32,000 nt of DNA from NCBI RefSeq assembly GCF_043950625.1, contig NZ_CP171007.1. One strand, given 5' to 3'. The stretch's first letter is position 1. Every line of letters begins with the position of its first letter. A program made the position numbers and the translations under genes. Origin of the DNA: Alkanindiges sp. WGS2144 (GTDB lineage: Bacteria; Pseudomonadota; Gammaproteobacteria; Pseudomonadales; Moraxellaceae). Shown here piece after piece: positions 9,876 through 19,571 of the stretch. A model generated the notes under the pieces. That model was not told the DNA's origin and searched no databases. It was given only the letters and a program-made list of their open reading frames with translations.

Positions 9876-10481
9876 ATGGCTGCTTTTATTGTTGGCTTAA
9901 CCGGTGGCATTGGTAGTGGCAAAACCGCCGCCAGTGACTGGTTTGCTGCTCAGGGTATTACCGTTGTAGATGCCGATGTAGTCGCACGCGAAGTGGTTGA
10001 ACCCGGGCAACCCGCCTTGCAGGAAATCCAGCAGGCTTTTGGTCATTGGGTGTTACAGGCTGATGGCGCACTGAATCGTGTTGCGCTGCGTCAACATATA
10101 TTTGAGCAGCCACAGGCACGGATTGAACTGGAAAAAATCACCCATCCCAGAATACGCCAGCGCATTATGCAACAACTACAAGCCGCCTCCTCGCCTTACC
10201 GTATTCTGGTATCACCATTACTCATTGAAAGTGGTCAGCATGATCTGGTCAATCGCGTGCTGCTGATTGATGTACCAGAGCATTTACAGCTATCGCGAGC
10301 CAGCCTGCGTGATACGCAGTCCCCTGAGGCCATTGCCCGAATTATGCAAGTGCAGATGCCACGCCTGCAACGGCAAACGCATGCTGATGATATCGTAGTC
10401 AACGATGGTGAGTTAAGACACTTATATGCCCAGCTACAACCCTTACACCAGACTTATTTAAAGCTGGCGCAAGGCAGCTAA
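9876..10481 (+). CDS. coaE: Dephospho-CoA kinase
   Basis: 201 aa with the P-loop GLTGGIGSGKT at the N-terminus. The position after pilD is conserved. Confidence 0.9.
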   Translation: MAAFIVGLTGGIGSGKTAASDWFAAQGITVVDADVVAREVVEPGQPALQEIQQAFGHWVLQADGALNRVALRQHIFEQPQARIELEKITHPRIRQRIMQQLQAASSPYRILVSPLLIESGQHDLVNRVLLIDVPEHLQLSRASLRDTQSPEAIARIMQVQMPRLQRQTHADDIVVNDGELRHLYAQLQPLHQTYLKLAQGS

Positions 10482-10483
10482 AA

Positions 10484-11380
10484 TCATCCAGCGGAACGTA
10501 ACAGCCGCCACGGTTGTAGTGCTCCAATTCCCATACCTGTCAGGCCAATACCGATAGCCAGATTCAAAGGCTCATTGAGCAGCGGGACAGCAGCCAGCGC
10601 GGCCAGAAAGGGTGCCAGTGCCAGCAAGCTTCCGGTTTTAAACGCACCCAGCCGCTCAACGGCGCCAATATAGGTGAGCATAGCAATAATTACCACAAAC
10701 ACCCCATGAAAAACACCTTGCTCCAGCATCGTCAAATAACTGGCCTGCACCAACTTTTTGGGCAAAAATAAGGCATAAACCGGCAAGTAGATGACCGCCG
10801 TCCAGATTGCTACCCCGGCCATGGCTTGCCAGGGCGGCAACATCCAGCGCTTTAAGAAAACGGTATATATACCCCAAAAGATAGCGCCCAGCACAAAAAA
10901 GGCATCACCCATGGATAAGTAAAACTGACCCTCATACCACATGGCTGTCATCATGCCGCCAAGGCCACAAGCCATAAACAGCAGACTAATCCAGGTATCT
11001 TTACCAAAAGGCTCCTTGAGCACTACCCAGGCACTAATCGCAGTAGCCAAAGGCAAGAAACCATTAAGCCAGATTGCCGCATGCGCAGCTGGTGCATAAT
11101 TAAAGCCTGAATATACCGCACAGGAATAGCCGATACCGCCCAGTAGGGCCAGCCATACAATGCGTTTGTCCAGTAAAAAACGCCACTCACGTCGCCATAG
11201 CTGAATCGGAATCAATACCAAAAAAGCCACGATAAAACGCAAGGCAGTAATATCCCAGGGGCTTAAATCCTGCTTGGCACCCAGCCGTGACATCAGGGTA
11301 AAGCTGCCCCAGATCAACATGGTGATGGCTAATAACAAATAGCCTTTTCTAAGCTCGCTAGCCGCTGAGTCAGACATCAC
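10484..11380 (-). CDS. EamA/DMT family transporter
   Basis: 298 aa with about 10 predicted TM helices in two EamA-like halves. The GTG/ATG start overlaps the rlmB stop. Confidence 0.8.
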   Translation of the reverse strand: MMSDSAASELRKGYLLLAITMLIWGSFTLMSRLGAKQDLSPWDITALRFIVAFLVLIPIQLWRREWRFLLDKRIVWLALLGGIGYSCAVYSGFNYAPAAHAAIWLNGFLPLATAISAWVVLKEPFGKDTWISLLFMACGLGGMMTAMWYEGQFYLSMGDAFFVLGAIFWGIYTVFLKRWMLPPWQAMAGVAIWTAVIYLPVYALFLPKKLVQASYLTMLEQGVFHGVFVVIIAMLTYIGAVERLGAFKTGSLLALAPFLAALAAVPLLNEPLNLAIGIGLTGMGIGALQPWRLLRSAG

Positions 11381-12120
11381 TGGTTCCGTTGTCTACAGGC
11401 TTCGTACAAGGTCATACCGGTTGCAACGCTCACATTCAGGCTTTGTAACTTGCCTGCCATGGGAATATAGGCCAGATGATCACATTGCTGCTGGGTGAGG
11501 CGGCGCAGCCCAGTATCCTCAGCACCCATTACCACAGCCACAGCTCCTGTAAAATCGCACTGATTTACTGGTTTGGCTGTTTCATCCAGCAAAGTGCCAA
11601 TCACCTTTACTCCTTGCTCCCGTATATATGCCAGGGTACGTGCCAGATTAGTCACCTGAATAAAGTCCAGTTTTTCGGCGCCCCCTGCGGCTATTTTTCG
11701 TGCGACCGGGGTTAAGCCTGCCGCCCGGTCTTTGGGCACCACCACGGCATCCACGCCCATAGCGGCGGCAGTACGAATACAGGCACCCAGATTGTGCGGA
11801 TCGGTAATCTGATCCAGCACCAGCAACAAGATATCGGGACGCGTGGAGATCAACTGCTCCAGATCCTGCTCATTTAACGCCGGCGTAGCCCGCACTGCGG
11901 CGACAATGCCCTGATGCTGGGGTGAGCCTGCCAGTTTTGCCAAGGTGTCACGTCCGGCGCGCTGCACACTGATGCCATGGGGGGTAGCCAAAGTCAGTAA
12001 TTGACTCAGTCGGGTATCTTCACGACCCTGCAATACAAACAAATTCAGGATATTTTCAGGCTGGGTCTGCAATAATGCCTCAACGCTATGCAGGCCAAAA
12101 TGGTATTCGGGTTTTGCCAT
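11377..12120 (-). CDS. rlmB: 23S rRNA (guanosine-2'-O)-methyltransferase RlmB (SpoU/TrmH family)
   Basis: 247 aa with SpoU motifs LLVLDQITDPHNLGACIRTAAAMG, VVMGAEDTGLR and SLNVSVATGMTLYE, plus an N-terminal substrate-binding domain. Confidence 0.88.
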   Translation of the reverse strand: MAKPEYHFGLHSVEALLQTQPENILNLFVLQGREDTRLSQLLTLATPHGISVQRAGRDTLAKLAGSPQHQGIVAAVRATPALNEQDLEQLISTRPDILLLVLDQITDPHNLGACIRTAAAMGVDAVVVPKDRAAGLTPVARKIAAGGAEKLDFIQVTNLARTLAYIREQGVKVIGTLLDETAKPVNQCDFTGAVAVVMGAEDTGLRRLTQQQCDHLAYIPMAGKLQSLNVSVATGMTLYEACRQRNQ

Positions 12121-12175
12121 GATAATTCAAACCTGTGTCAGCTGGCACTCAAACCAGTCGTTGAGCATAAAATGG

Positions 12176-12211
12176 AAAAGAAAAATCCTGTAGTGCACTG
12201 CCCTACAGGAT
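12176..12211 (-). terminator. Intrinsic terminator downstream of ppnP
   Basis: The 9-bp stem ATCCTGTAG/CTACAGGAT (12185-12193 / 12203-12211) is followed on the minus strand by tttttcttttcc. Confidence 0.7.
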
Positions 12212-12280
12212 TGATAGTTCAGACAGGTATGTGGCAGTCTGCTGCTTGAGCCGGGCTGGACTTAAGTGCAGTGAGACGGC

Positions 12281-12610
12281 TTAACCTTCCAGATGGCACA
12301 CATAATCCAGTGGCTCAAGGGTTTCCACATAGAAACGGCTATTGCCTGGCACATAAAAAGACTGGCCGGCACGATACAGTTCGCTATCCGCCTGATCGGC
12401 AATTCTTACCCGGCACTCGCCAGAAATGATTTCCATGCGTTCAGGCACATGTGTTTCAAAAGTCAGCGGTTTTTCAGTTGGTAAAATGACACCCACAGTT
12501 TTTTTACTACCGTCATCGAACTGGATGGTGTGACTAATGCACTTTCCATCAAAATAAATATTCGCTTTTTTGATAACCGTCACTTGATCAAATTGAGCTG
12601 GGTTCATCAT
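12281..12610 (-). CDS. ppnP: Pyrimidine/purine nucleoside phosphorylase PpnP (DUF1255)
   Basis: The cupin-like sequence ANIYFDGKCISHTI...TFETHVPERMEIISGECRV...YVPGNSRF...YVCHL resembles E. coli PpnP. I place the start at ATGATG 12610, preceded by GGAG (ggagtaaaATGATG). The track ORF extends to 12730, but that 40-aa extension has no counterpart in PpnP. Confidence 0.85.
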   Translation of the reverse strand: MMNPAQFDQVTVIKKANIYFDGKCISHTIQFDDGSKKTVGVILPTEKPLTFETHVPERMEIISGECRVRIADQADSELYRAGQSFYVPGNSRFYVETLEPLDYVCHLEG

Positions 12611-12841
12611 TTTACTCCGCAAAAGACCGCTGTAGTTTAGCGCAAGCCGAACCTGCCCCGCTAGAGCATACATCAAAATATTGTTAAACCAAGGTATTAT
12701 AGTATATTGATTTAGAGGCAGCCATATCACAAGTGATCGGGTCTATTCACTTTTTTGAACCATAAATATCTGTGCTGAATTTAAAGTTGACCAACCTGGC
12801 CTGGAGTAGGCAAAAACCATAGCTGCGTACACATGAATTGC

Positions 12842-12857
12842 CTGCAAAACTGCAAAA
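12842..12857. repeat. Perfect tandem duplication of the octamer CTGCAAAA
   Basis: ctgcaaaactgcaaaa, read directly, in the 336-bp ppnP-recN divergent intergenic region about 90 nt upstream of recN. Confidence 0.9.
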
Positions 12858-12946
12858 AATGACTTTTAAGCGCTGCACAAGCTGTGTACTATCAATTTTA
12901 TTTTGTCATATTAATTCAAGCATATTACTGAAGATACAGGGTTTGA

Positions 12947-14632
12947 ATGCTCACCAATTTAACACTACAAAACTTTGCGCTGGCTGACCAGCTTTCGGTT
13001 GATTTGGCCAATGGTTTTAATGTCCTAACCGGGGAAACCGGCGCAGGTAAATCCTTATTGCTGGATGCGCTATCCGTATGCCTGGGTGAGCGCACCGATG
13101 TGGCCCATGTGCGCTTTGGTACTGATAAAGCCGATGTCACTGCCAGTTTTGAATATCAAAAAAACGATCCGATTGACGTATGGTTAGCCGAACGTGAGCT
13201 GGCTGAAGGCACCCATGAAGAATTTGGTGAAATTCACCTGCGCCGGGTTATTTTAAATAATGGCCGTAGCAAAGCTTGGATCAATGGCCGCCCCTCCAGC
13301 CTGACCGAACTTAAGGAAGCTGGTCGTCTGCTGGTACAACTGTACAGCCAGCATAGCCAGCAGCAATTGCTGGAACCACCTTATCCCAAAAATTGGCTGG
13401 ATCGCTATAGTGGCTTTCAGGCAAAGGCGCAGGAAGTACGTCAGGCTTACCACCACTGGCAGCATCTGCTTAAAGAACAACAGTCAGCACTGGCTGCTGC
13501 TGCCAGCCGGCAAAGCCGTATGATTGAACTGGAAGTCCAGCTTGAAGAAATTTTACCGCTCACTCAACTCAACTATACTGAGCTGGAACAGGAATATGAT
13601 CGCCTAAGCCATTTTGAAAGCATGATGCAGGATTGTGCTGCATTGCTCGATGGCCTGGATGAACAGGACAATAATGTCATGCAGCAACTGGCGATGTTTA
13701 GTCGCCGGGCTGAGAGTCAGGCTAGTCGCTCAGCCCAGCTCAGTGAAGTGAGTGAGCGCCTGATTAATGCCCAAAGTGAGCTTGGCGACGCTGTAGCCTT
13801 ATTGCGCCAGTTTGTGGATCAGCAAAACTTTGATCCGGAACGCATGGCTGAACTAAATGAACATCTGGAGGTATTTCACCGGCTGGCGCGTAAGTACCGG
13901 GTAAGCCCACCGGAATTAACCGGACTGCTTAACAGCTGGCAAACTGAACTGGATCGCCTGAACTTGCTGGACGACCCGGAAGCACTGGCCGCACAGGTCA
14001 ATCAGGCGCGAGAACAATTTTTACAGCTCGCCCAGCAACTGGATACTGCACGTCGTGAGGCTGCCATGCCTCTGGCAGATGCCCTGACCCGGCAGGTTCG
14101 CCCCCTGGCCTTGCCAGAAGCCCATTTTGAATTTGGCTTTGATACGTTAGATGTTCCCAATGCTGATGGTCTGTCAGCTATTCAGCTGTATTTTACTGCC
14201 AACAAGGGCATACCAGCACAAGCACTGGCACGTGTGGCTTCCGGGGGAGAATTATCACGTATTGCGCTGGTGATGCAGGTTATGAATGCGGAAAAAACCG
14301 AAGCCGATGTGCTGGTGTTTGACGAAGTGGACGTAGGCATTAGCGGTGGCACCGCAGAAATTGTTGGCCGCCTGCTGCGTGATCTGGGCCGGCATGTGCA
14401 GATTTTATGTATTACTCACCAGCCACAGGTTGCTGCACAGGCGGATCAGCATTTACTGGTTGAAAAACAGCAAACCGAACAGGCATCCAGTATTATTTAT
14501 GAACTGGGCGAAGAGCAGCGTATTATTGAACTGGCGCGTATGTCTGGTGGCGTGGAAATTACCGAAACCACCTTACAGCATGCGCGGCACCTGCTCAATC
14601 TCAAACATGCCACTGATCACCCAACCCACTAA
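12947..14632 (+). CDS. recN: DNA repair protein RecN
   Basis: 561 aa with an SMC-like layout. Walker A is GETGAGKS, followed by a long coiled-coil, the signature SGGELSR and Walker B VLVFDEVDVG. Confidence 0.93.
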   Translation: MLTNLTLQNFALADQLSVDLANGFNVLTGETGAGKSLLLDALSVCLGERTDVAHVRFGTDKADVTASFEYQKNDPIDVWLAERELAEGTHEEFGEIHLRRVILNNGRSKAWINGRPSSLTELKEAGRLLVQLYSQHSQQQLLEPPYPKNWLDRYSGFQAKAQEVRQAYHHWQHLLKEQQSALAAAASRQSRMIELEVQLEEILPLTQLNYTELEQEYDRLSHFESMMQDCAALLDGLDEQDNNVMQQLAMFSRRAESQASRSAQLSEVSERLINAQSELGDAVALLRQFVDQQNFDPERMAELNEHLEVFHRLARKYRVSPPELTGLLNSWQTELDRLNLLDDPEALAAQVNQAREQFLQLAQQLDTARREAAMPLADALTRQVRPLALPEAHFEFGFDTLDVPNADGLSAIQLYFTANKGIPAQALARVASGGELSRIALVMQVMNAEKTEADVLVFDEVDVGISGGTAEIVGRLLRDLGRHVQILCITHQPQVAAQADQHLLVEKQQTEQASSIIYELGEEQRIIELARMSGGVEITETTLQHARHLLNLKHATDHPTH

Positions 14633-14833
14633 CTCCAAGACCAGCCCATTAACAGGTCATTTATGGCAAATAGTTGAATGGATTTAATTTTTACGCCATA
14701 GTGCTGATTATCATAGGACTTGCATTTGGCAAATAGACCCTTATTTATAGCAATGACACTTATAAAACTGGCTTAATGGATACAGCGTGGCAAACCACTG
14801 CCGCCTGACAACGATTTTGGAGATACGGGTACC

Positions 14834-15388
14834 TTGGCAAAGACTTATTTAACCCACCGCTGCCTCATTGCACCACCTCAGCTGGATGATGATTTTTTTG
14901 CCCAAACCATTATTTATATTGCCCGCCATGATGAGCACGGTGCACAAGGTTTAATCATCAACCGTCCAAGTCACCTTGAAATTAAAGAACTGCTCACCGA
15001 TCTGGAAATCAGCATTGATGTGGTTAAACCGCATGCGGTATTAGAAGGCGGGCCAGTGCGCCCAGAGGCAGGCTTTGTGCTGCATACAGGCAATCCGGTC
15101 TGGCAATCTTCCATTGCCATTAGCGAAAACGTCTGCGTGACCACCAGCAAGGATATTTTAGAGGCCATTGCACAAAACGAAGGGGTAGAGCGCTACCAGA
15201 TTATGCTGGGCTATGCCAGCTGGATGCCACAGCAGCTGGAGCAGGAACTGGCTCGCGGTGACTGGCTGGTATGTGAGGCAGACATGGAGCTGTTGTTTAA
15301 CCTACCCTATGAAGAACGCTGGTCAGCCGCTGCCGCCAAAATTGGCCTGAATACCAACTGGCTAGCACCAGAAATTGGTCATGCCTGA
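14834..15388 (+). CDS. yqgE: YqgE/AlgH family protein (UPF0301)
   Basis: 184 aa with a TTG start. The sequence [35 protein letters not shown]...GGPV matches the family. It lies next to ruvX, as in many proteobacteria. Confidence 0.85.
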   Translation: MAKTYLTHRCLIAPPQLDDDFFAQTIIYIARHDEHGAQGLIINRPSHLEIKELLTDLEISIDVVKPHAVLEGGPVRPEAGFVLHTGNPVWQSSIAISENVCVTTSKDILEAIAQNEGVERYQIMLGYASWMPQQLEQELARGDWLVCEADMELLFNLPYEERWSAAAAKIGLNTNWLAPEIGHA

Positions 15389-15486
15389 TGATGAGCAGCG
15401 AATCAGTACGGCACTGCCGTACCGCTGCGCAAGGCGAAGGTTGTGCCTGAGCTAAAAAATCTCAATACATCCAAGATATAAAATTT

Positions 15487-15933
15487 ATGACGAATCTACC
15501 TAACCAGCCACAAACCATTATGGCCTTTGACTTTGGCACGCAAAAAATGGGGATGGCTACTGGCAATGAGCTGTTAGGCACGGCACAGCCTTTAGACCTG
15601 TTTCCCATGCGTGATGGGATACCGGACTGGGATAAGCTGGAAAAAATTATTGCCAACTGGCAACCTGATCTCTGTCTGGTGGGTTTGCCGCTTAATATGG
15701 ATGACACTGAGTCGGAATTATCCCTGCGGGCACGCAAATTTGCCCGGCGTTTAAAGTATCGGCTCAATAAACCGGTATGGATGATAGATGAACGCCTGAC
15801 CACCCGCGATGCCAGATATGCGCTGGAAGATTATAAAAAACACGGTCATGGCAAAAAAACCAGCGCTGACAGTCTGGCTGCGGCCATGCTGGTTGAAAGC
15901 TGGTTTAGGGAACCCTACGGTATTTTGCCCTGA
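15487..15933 (+). CDS. ruvX: Holliday junction resolvase-like / pre-16S rRNA nuclease RuvX (YqgF)
   Basis: 148 aa with MAFDFGTQKMGMATG (the catalytic Asp region), LVGLPLNMDDTE and VWMIDERLTT. Confidence 0.88.
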   Translation: MTNLPNQPQTIMAFDFGTQKMGMATGNELLGTAQPLDLFPMRDGIPDWDKLEKIIANWQPDLCLVGLPLNMDDTESELSLRARKFARRLKYRLNKPVWMIDERLTTRDARYALEDYKKHGHGKKTSADSLAAAMLVESWFREPYGILP

Positions 15934-16029
15934 TTGTTTGGACTTTCTTATCATCTTATGGTTTTTTCGCAACAATATGCCTGGTTGGCTTGAGCGTGGC
16001 TTAAAGCTTGCCGTAGACTGAATCATCCA

Positions 16030-17859
16030 TTGCCACAACAACAATATTTGTCCATGAACCTTTGGCAGCTTTTTCAGAAAATACGTCCTTTTGTACGTCC
16101 TTATCGCTGGTTAGTGGCCGCGACCCTGATTCTTACCCTGATTGGTTCACTCACGGCACAGGTCAATGCCCTAACCCTGCAATATGCCGTTGATAGCATT
16201 AACCGCATTATTGAAAACGGACAAGGGCTGGCACAAGGCTGGCATATTTTAATCAATATTAGCCTGATTTTACTGGGCAAAGAAATCCTTAATGCCATTG
16301 TGCAGTTCGGACAAAAATTTTATGGCGAACGCTTACGCATTATGGTATCGCAAGATCTGGCGCAAGGCATTATTGAAAAATTTTTAACCTATCGCCTGGC
16401 ATTTTTTGCACAGGATGACAATCAGGCTGGCAAGCTGCAAACCCGGATTGACCGTGGTATTGGTTCACTCACCCGATTGGTGCAAATCTTTTTTATTGAT
16501 ATTTTACCGTTATTTACCAGTGCTATTGTAGCGCTTGGCTTGATGTTTTATGCCAATGTCTGGGTTGGTGTGGTGGCACTTTCCATTGTACCGGTTTATT
16601 TCTGGCTGACCTATGTACAGGCACAAAAACTGGGCGGCTGGCGGCGGGAATTTCGTAATGGCCGCGAGCAAAAAAGTCAGGGCATTTTGAGTATTATCAA
16701 TTCTATTAGCGTGATTAAGTCGTTTAACCGTGAAAAAATTGAAGCCAGTAAACAACTGACCCTACAAAAAAATCTGACTTACAACCAGATGCAAACCCGC
16801 CAAACCAGTTTTTTGTTTGATGGCCTAAAAACCTTTATTGAACAGGTTGGCGTGGTGCTGATTATTATTTTAACCGCCTATTTTGTTCTAAATAAGCAAA
16901 TGAGCATTGGCATGATTATGTACCATGTCCTGCTGTTTAATAATGTTTCTGCGCCAATCCGCCAGTTGCATCGTATTTATGATGAAATTAACGATGCCAT
17001 GATTTATTCCGAAAGCTTCTTTAATATCCTGGAAGCTGATAAAGAAATTGAATCGACCGGGCAGCAAAAACCCTATCCGGTACAGGGCAAGTTTGTGCTG
17101 AAACACGTGGATTTTTATTATCCTAATGGTCATCATGCGTTAAAAGACATTAGCATGACCATTCAGCCCAACAAAATTACTGCGCTGGTAGGTTTATCCG
17201 GTGCAGGCAAAACCACGCTGATTAGTCTGCTGGACAAGTTTTATCTGGCCAATTCCGGCAGCATTCAATTGGATGGCGTTGACCTAAAAGATATGGATAC
17301 GGCCTACTTACGCGATCATATTGGCCTAGTTCTGCAAAAAAATCATATTTTTCAGGGCAGCATTGAAGACAATATCCGCTACGGAAAAATGAATGCCAGC
17401 ATGAATGATATTATTGAGGCTGCCAGAAAAGCATCCGTTCATGAGCAAATTATGGCGCTGGAAAAAGGATATAAATCCGATGCCACCCAGTTGTCTGGCG
17501 GCCAGCAGCAGCGCATTGCCATTGCCCGTATGTTTTTAAAAAATCCACCGATTATTTTTCTGGATGAGCCAACTGCAAGCCTTGATGCCATTGCTACCGA
17601 ACAAATCAAACACAGCCTTGACCAGATCAAGCAGGGCCGTACCGTGGTGATTATTTCGCATAGCCTATCGCAGATTATTGATGCCGATTATACCTATGTG
17701 ATGAAAGATGGCATGATTGTTGAACATGGCGAACATGACCGGCTTTACCATAATTCTCAGGTTTATAAGGAAATTTTTGACGCCATGGCAAAAAGCCTGA
17801 ATATTGAAAAAATAGCTAGAACCTTAAATGACGATGGCGAAGAAGAAACCCATAGCTAA
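16030..17859 (+). CDS. Fused ABC transporter permease/ATP-binding protein (MsbA-like exporter half-transporter)
   Basis: 609 aa with an N-terminal six-TM domain. Walker A is GLSGAGKTT, the signature is LSGGQQQRIAIAR and Walker B is IIFLDEPTASLD. The start is uncertain, either TTG 16030 or ATG 16054. Confidence 0.85.
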   Translation: MPQQQYLSMNLWQLFQKIRPFVRPYRWLVAATLILTLIGSLTAQVNALTLQYAVDSINRIIENGQGLAQGWHILINISLILLGKEILNAIVQFGQKFYGERLRIMVSQDLAQGIIEKFLTYRLAFFAQDDNQAGKLQTRIDRGIGSLTRLVQIFFIDILPLFTSAIVALGLMFYANVWVGVVALSIVPVYFWLTYVQAQKLGGWRREFRNGREQKSQGILSIINSISVIKSFNREKIEASKQLTLQKNLTYNQMQTRQTSFLFDGLKTFIEQVGVVLIIILTAYFVLNKQMSIGMIMYHVLLFNNVSAPIRQLHRIYDEINDAMIYSESFFNILEADKEIESTGQQKPYPVQGKFVLKHVDFYYPNGHHALKDISMTIQPNKITALVGLSGAGKTTLISLLDKFYLANSGSIQLDGVDLKDMDTAYLRDHIGLVLQKNHIFQGSIEDNIRYGKMNASMNDIIEAARKASVHEQIMALEKGYKSDATQLSGGQQQRIAIARMFLKNPPIIFLDEPTASLDAIATEQIKHSLDQIKQGRTVVIISHSLSQIIDADYTYVMKDGMIVEHGEHDRLYHNSQVYKEIFDAMAKSLNIEKIARTLNDDGEEETHS

Positions 17860-17870
17860 AGTCAGCCTCA

Positions 17871-17900
17871 AAAAAAGCAGCTCAGTGCTGCTGTTTAAAA
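17871..17900. terminator. Bidirectional terminator between the ABC gene (+) and pgsA (-)
   Basis: aaaaaAGCAGCtcagtGCTGCTgtttaaaaa. A 6-bp GC-rich stem (17876-17881 / 17887-17892) is flanked by A-runs and T-runs on both sides. Confidence 0.55.
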
Positions 17901-17907
17901 ATGCGAT

Positions 17908-18492
17908 TTAAGGCTGCTTAAGATACGGCCAGGCCGCCTTTAAATAAATAAACATTGACCACAAGGTCAAAACCACCGCCACATACAGCAACACATAGGC
18001 AATCGGCTCAATGGATGGCCAGTTAAGCAAAAAGGCACTAATGGCAATCATCTGACAGGCTGTCTTGTACTTGCCAACAGTAGAAACTGCCACACTGGTA
18101 CGGGCGCCCAGCTCGGCCATCCACTCGCGCAAGGCAGATACGGTGATTTCCCGCGAAATAATCACAATTGCTGCAAAGGCCATAGTGATATTGGGCTGCC
18201 ATTGCACCAATACCACCAGCGCCGCCGCGACCATGAGTTTATCCGCGACAGGATCCAAAAAGCGGCCAAACGCCGAGCTCTGGTTAAGTACTCGCGCCAG
18301 ATAACCATCCAGCCAGTCTGTAATGGCAGCCAGTATAAACACACTGGTGAGCAGCGCATGGCGCAGGTCAATGCCCGCTTGCGCATCCATTTGCATGACA
18401 GGCGGTAAATAAGCAATCAGCAGAAAGACAGGAATGAGTGCAATCCGTGCCAGCGTTAATATATTAGGAATGTTAAGTATGCTTCCTGTCAT
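17908..18492 (-). CDS. pgsA: CDP-diacylglycerol--glycerol-3-phosphate 3-phosphatidyltransferase
   Basis: 194 aa with the N-terminus NIPNILTLARIALIP and the CDP-alcohol phosphatidyltransferase motif DWLDGYLARVLNQSSAFGRFLDPVADK. Confidence 0.9.
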   Translation of the reverse strand: MTGSILNIPNILTLARIALIPVFLLIAYLPPVMQMDAQAGIDLRHALLTSVFILAAITDWLDGYLARVLNQSSAFGRFLDPVADKLMVAAALVVLVQWQPNITMAFAAIVIISREITVSALREWMAELGARTSVAVSTVGKYKTACQMIAISAFLLNWPSIEPIAYVLLYVAVVLTLWSMFIYLKAAWPYLKQP

Positions 18493-18541
18493 AAGAAATC
18501 CACTGCTGGAATCAATAGATGGCTATCATAACACGTCAGCT

Positions 18542-19351
18542 TTATATAAACACGGTGACCGTTTGGCGGCTTAATGCCACCAGATTGCCCTGTTCATCCC
18601 AGATTTTCGCTTGTGTATAGGCATAGCCATCCGCTGCATAGTCAGTTTTTACCTGATACTGCCACCAGCTTGCGGCACTGGTTTGCTCAGGCATAGTAAT
18701 CAGCTCAAAATTCCAGTTTAACGAACTTGATGGCGCAATCCGGTCATACATGGGCAGTACGGCAGGCGGCCACATATCATCAAGTACCAGTAGATGCGGC
18801 AATTGAATACTGCTAATATTTGCATGATCTTTAAAACGCATCCAGCCCCCAAAATCTGGTTGCTTGGCGCCGCTAAATGGGAGTGCCCCTTCTGCCCATA
18901 GCGCATCAAAATGCTGCAAAAACGCTGGAGTAATACCAGGAATAAATGGCAATGCCTGGCATTGTTCAGGTGCTTTATATATAGGCGCAGTGTGCTCACC
19001 CTGAATATTGATGATGGATTCACGTGCAGCACCAAAGCTTGCTACCAGCACCGCTTGTACCTGCCCCTGCTGAATGAGCAGCACCTGAATCGTGGTCACC
19101 GATTTACCAGTCCGCAGCACTTGCGCCTGAAGCTCTGCCTCCCCAGTGGCAACTGGTCCCACAAAACTGATAAATGCTGAGCGCAAGGTTTTGGCTGCAT
19201 CATTGACCAGTGGCTCGGCGCGCGCAATCATCAGGCCAGCCACCAGCCCACCAAATACCGCACGCCCCTGTCCCCAACCCTCAGGAATGCTAATAGTTTG
19301 TGGCTGACCGACCTGTTGTGCTGCATTTGCCAGTAATTGATCCAGTTGCAT
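18542..19351 (-). CDS. Acyl-CoA thioesterase family protein (TesB-like double hot-dog)
   Basis: The sequence GWGQGRAVFGGLVAGLMIARAE and the overall length resemble the thioesterase-II-like family as I recall it. I prefer the start at ATG 19351, preceded by GGAGG with 5-nt spacing. The track ORF runs to 19381. Confidence 0.6.
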   Translation of the reverse strand: MQLDQLLANAAQQVGQPQTISIPEGWGQGRAVFGGLVAGLMIARAEPLVNDAAKTLRSAFISFVGPVATGEAELQAQVLRTGKSVTTIQVLLIQQGQVQAVLVASFGAARESIINIQGEHTAPIYKAPEQCQALPFIPGITPAFLQHFDALWAEGALPFSGAKQPDFGGWMRFKDHANISSIQLPHLLVLDDMWPPAVLPMYDRIAPSSSLNWNFELITMPEQTSAASWWQYQVKTDYAADGYAYTQAKIWDEQGNLVALSRQTVTVFI

Positions 19352-19571
19352 CTTATCCTCCAGTTCCAACACACCAATCATTATTTAGATGAAAGCCTTA
19401 TCGACCTGCATCAGTTTAGTTGTACTAGACAATAAAACATTTCTGGTCAAAAACCATGACTTAAACGTTCAAGATTGAAGGAATACGCCATATTTCGGCA
19501 AACAGCACATCCAAAAACACAGGCCTAGCCCTAAGGTTAATGGCTTAATTGATGCTTGAAAGTTTTAGAGT

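Noticed and set aside
12611-12730. A 40-aa N-terminal extension of ppnP in the ORF track (MIWLPLNQYTIIPWFNNILMYALAGQVRLALNYSGLLRSK).
   Set aside because: It has no counterpart in PpnP proteins. The internal ATGATG at 12610 has a GGAG Shine-Dalgarno and gives the expected length of about 109 aa.
12925-12945. A possible LexA/SOS box upstream of recN (TACTGaagatACAG).
   Set aside because: The spacing is wrong: CTG-N6-CAG instead of CTG-N10-CAG. The flanking bases do not match the consensus either.
14664-14736. A 10-bp direct repeat, TGGCAAATAG, at 14664-14673 and 14727-14736 in the recN-yqgE spacer.
   Set aside because: It is real in the sequence, but it is a single short AT-rich repeat pair with no associated structure or ORF. 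It is most likely chance or a minor promoter-element duplication.
15462-16044. Minus-strand ORFs of 113 aa and 97 aa antisense to ruvX and the downstream spacer.
   Set aside because: These are shadow ORFs opposite a confident gene, with no motifs or ribosome-binding sites.
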